A DNA stretch of 64,000 bases from Eledone cirrhosa (Eukaryota), in assembly GCA_964016885.1 (NCBI GenBank), contig OZ024754.1:26536001-26600000 (forward strand), written 5' to 3'. Within the stretch, counting starts at the first letter, position 1. Every line of letters starts with the position of its first letter. Of this stretch, positions 61,391 to 64,000 are shown piece after piece. Under the pieces are notes generated by a model. It made no database searches. It had not been told where the DNA came from and worked only from the letters and a program-made list of their open reading frames with translations. The translations under genes and the position numbers were made by a program.

Positions 61391-63357
61391 TACTCTTTTA
61401 CTCTTTTACCTGTTCCAGCCGTCCGGCTGAGGCCATGCTGGATCACTGCCCTTGTTGCTACATGTTCTATCTCCAGCCTGTGTTGGCTGGCCATTGGTGT
61501 AAGAGGGAGTTCGTTGCTGCTGCCCTTAGGTTACCTTCGTACCGACCTGTAGGCTCATCCGGATCCTGGATAGCAGAGTGTCAAGATGTTTCTTGAAAAC
61601 ATCCTCGTCCACACCATGCAGATATCGCAGATTTCTTGGCAGCTTGTTGAAGAGTTGAGGGCCTTTGAACCCCAGGCTATTGCAATATCTGCTCCCTTTT
61701 TTAGATGTGAAAGGTCGGACCTTTGGCACCACACAATGGCGTCCTGTTTGGGGGTTGGTCCAGCTTTCAATGCCAAAGTTTGGTGTTAGTCCCTCCAGGA
61801 TTTTGCATATGTATATCACTGCGTATATCTTCCGCCTTCGTTCCAAGGAGTAGAGTTTCAGTTCTTTTAGCCTTTCCCAGTAGCTCACTACTTCATCGTG
61901 GCATTCCTCTTCGTGTAGCTTCGTTGGATTGCCTCAAACTCCGTGGTTAGTTTGATACTCAGGGGTGACCACAGCTGGGAGCAGTAGTCCAGTTGGCTTA
62001 GGACAAATGCCCTCCATAGTATCAACATCGTCTCTCGGCCTCTTGTTCGGAAAGTCCTCAAAATCCAGCCAGCAAGTCGCCTGCACATTGTCGCCACCCT
62101 CGTGATGTGTGAAGAAAAAGATGCATCATCGCTCATGTCTATTCCCAGGTCTCGTATCGATTTTGACACGGGGATTTCGATCCCTCCTGGTCCAGTGTAA
62201 CTGTGTTGTACTGTCTTTGTGTTAGCAGGTTGGTATTGTAGGGCTTGAAATTTTCCAGCATTAAACTGCATGTTGTTGTCCTCAACCCATTTGTATATGG
62301 CATCCAAATCTTGTGGTAAAAGGGCAGCATCAGCCGGGTTTTTGATTGCCTGTGCTACCTTCGTGTCATCAGCATAGCTAGTGAAGGATGTTGTATGTAC
62401 TACAGAGGGCATGTCTGAGAGGGCCACCAAAAACCAGTAGTGGTCCCAAGACTGCACTGGGGCACCCCACTTGTTATTAATGCTTCCTTTGAGAGGGCCC
62501 CATTGGCTGAAACTGTCTGGCTTCTGTCTTTTAAGAAATCATGCAGTCACTCACCTACTTTTCCAGTTATGCCGAGTCTGTGTAGTTTGTGACATATCAT
62601 TCAGTAGTTGACCTTGTCATAGGCCTTCGCAAAGTCAAGATATATCACGTCCACATGTGAGCTGTCCAGCAGTTGTTTCAGTACCGAGTCATAGTATTGT
62701 AACAGCTGTGTAAGGCAGCTTCTTCCTGGCCGAAAGCCAGGCTGCGTGTTAGTTAGGCGGTCATTTTCCTCGAGGAACGTGATCAGTTTCTTTTTGATGA
62801 TTGGTTCCATGACCTTACTGATATGTGACGTCAGGGAGACTGGTCTGTAGTTTTTGGCCTCCGCGCTGCATCCTCCTTTATGGATAGGGCATATTGTGCC
62901 CTCTTTCAGCTCTCTGGGTAGTCTACCGCTAGCCAAGGAGCTTCTGAAGAGAGTCGTCAGTGGTCTCGCTAAGGCATGTTTACATGTTTTTAGGAGGACT
63001 GCTGGGAATCCATCAGGTCCAGAAGCTGAGTGTGTTCTAATTTCGTCTATAGGGGATATCACATCCACCTCCGTTATGTCTATGTGGTTAATGGCCGCCA
63101 TTTCTCCGTAGAGTCTTGTGGCATCAAAGAAATCCTCTGGCTTTGTTATTTGCATGTGCCTCAGTGGGAGTGTGAACACACTTTTCTACTGTTCATTCTG
63201 TATTTCACTTTTAACCGTGGGGATTCTCGATTAATGAACCTTTTTATGGAAGAGTGGCCCAATCTTGCAATGTACTGAGGCAGTTTCTTTTGCAAATTTA
63301 AAGAAGGCCTTAGGGCTTGTTTTAATATTTTCTATGACCCTGGCTTCTCTCTCTGCT
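61391..63357 (-). mobile_element. CR1-group (CR1/L2/Crack-like) LINE remnant, 5'-truncated
   Basis: SGPDG, NYRPVSLTS, YLDFAKAYD, YADDTK, RDLG, SYWERLKELKLYSLERRR; tail (GTAAAAGA)n. Confidence 0.85.
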
Positions 63358-63765
63358 CTCTATATATAGTTAGATAAATAGACAGATATGAACATACATA
63401 ATCCTTTCAGTCATTATAGCATATAATATTGATATTTCTAATTCCTTATTTTACTGTGCAAACTGTCCTTCGACATGCATTTTGGTTAAATTATTATTTT
63501 GGATTTAAAGAGAATAGTGTAAAGTATTTTTAATTCACTTCGGGGGCATCGCTCTTACAAATTTTGGTTTTTAATCATCCACGTCACATGACTAAGCTAA
63601 TTATTATGTCGTCACATGATTTATTTAGGCGGTGGATTTGTAGAATCGGTAGAATGTCGGATATAATATGCTTTGCAGTATTCCTCCTGGCTCACTGAAC
63701 TGTGCGCTTTGAGTTCAAATTTCACTAAAGTCAACGTTAAGGTGTTAATAAATAATTTAGTCACC

Positions 63766-63766
<1 letters not shown>

Positions 63767-63854
<88 letters not shown>

Positions 63855-63878
63855 CTCTCTCTCTCTGTCTCTCTCTCC
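63767..63878. repeat. (CA)n(CT)n microsatellite
   Basis: Seen directly. Confidence 0.95.
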
Positions 63879-64000
63879 CTCTACCCCAGCTTCTTTTTTC
63901 TCTGGAAGTAATCAACTGTGTTTAGACGGTGCCCCTACGATTCTATTAGGAGTTAAGGGTCCATGAATGGATGGGTGACTTGCTTACATATTCGATAATG

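Overview
Eukaryotic, microsatellite-rich animal DNA. A cephalopod (octopus-like) origin is an inference from the SINE types and repeat landscape. The only host gene feature I can support is the terminal coding exon (TM6-TM7-C-tail) of a CCK/sulfakinin-type GPCR at 14328-14845. About 600 bp downstream begins a ~30 kb array (15349-45524) in which an (ATT)n microsatellite is split by four Tx1/L1-clade LINEs, all on +, and five R4/Dong-like RLE elements, all on -. One R4 copy has an intact 1130-aa ORF. The Tx1 copies carry near-identical ORF2s behind three different 5'UTR/ORF1 modules. A parallel set of elements sits in (TATG)n arrays: a second R4-like family on -, and on + an RTE with three C-terminal C2H2-type fingers plus its non-autonomous derivatives. 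Penelope-like (PLE) remnants and three families of PLE-type terminal repeats contain type I hammerhead ribozyme motifs, several with an unusually long stem II insert (about 60-115 nt). Also present are tRNA-derived SINEs, a CR1-group LINE remnant, a minisatellite and a 200-N assembly gap. Coordinates were read by eye and may be off by a few bases.
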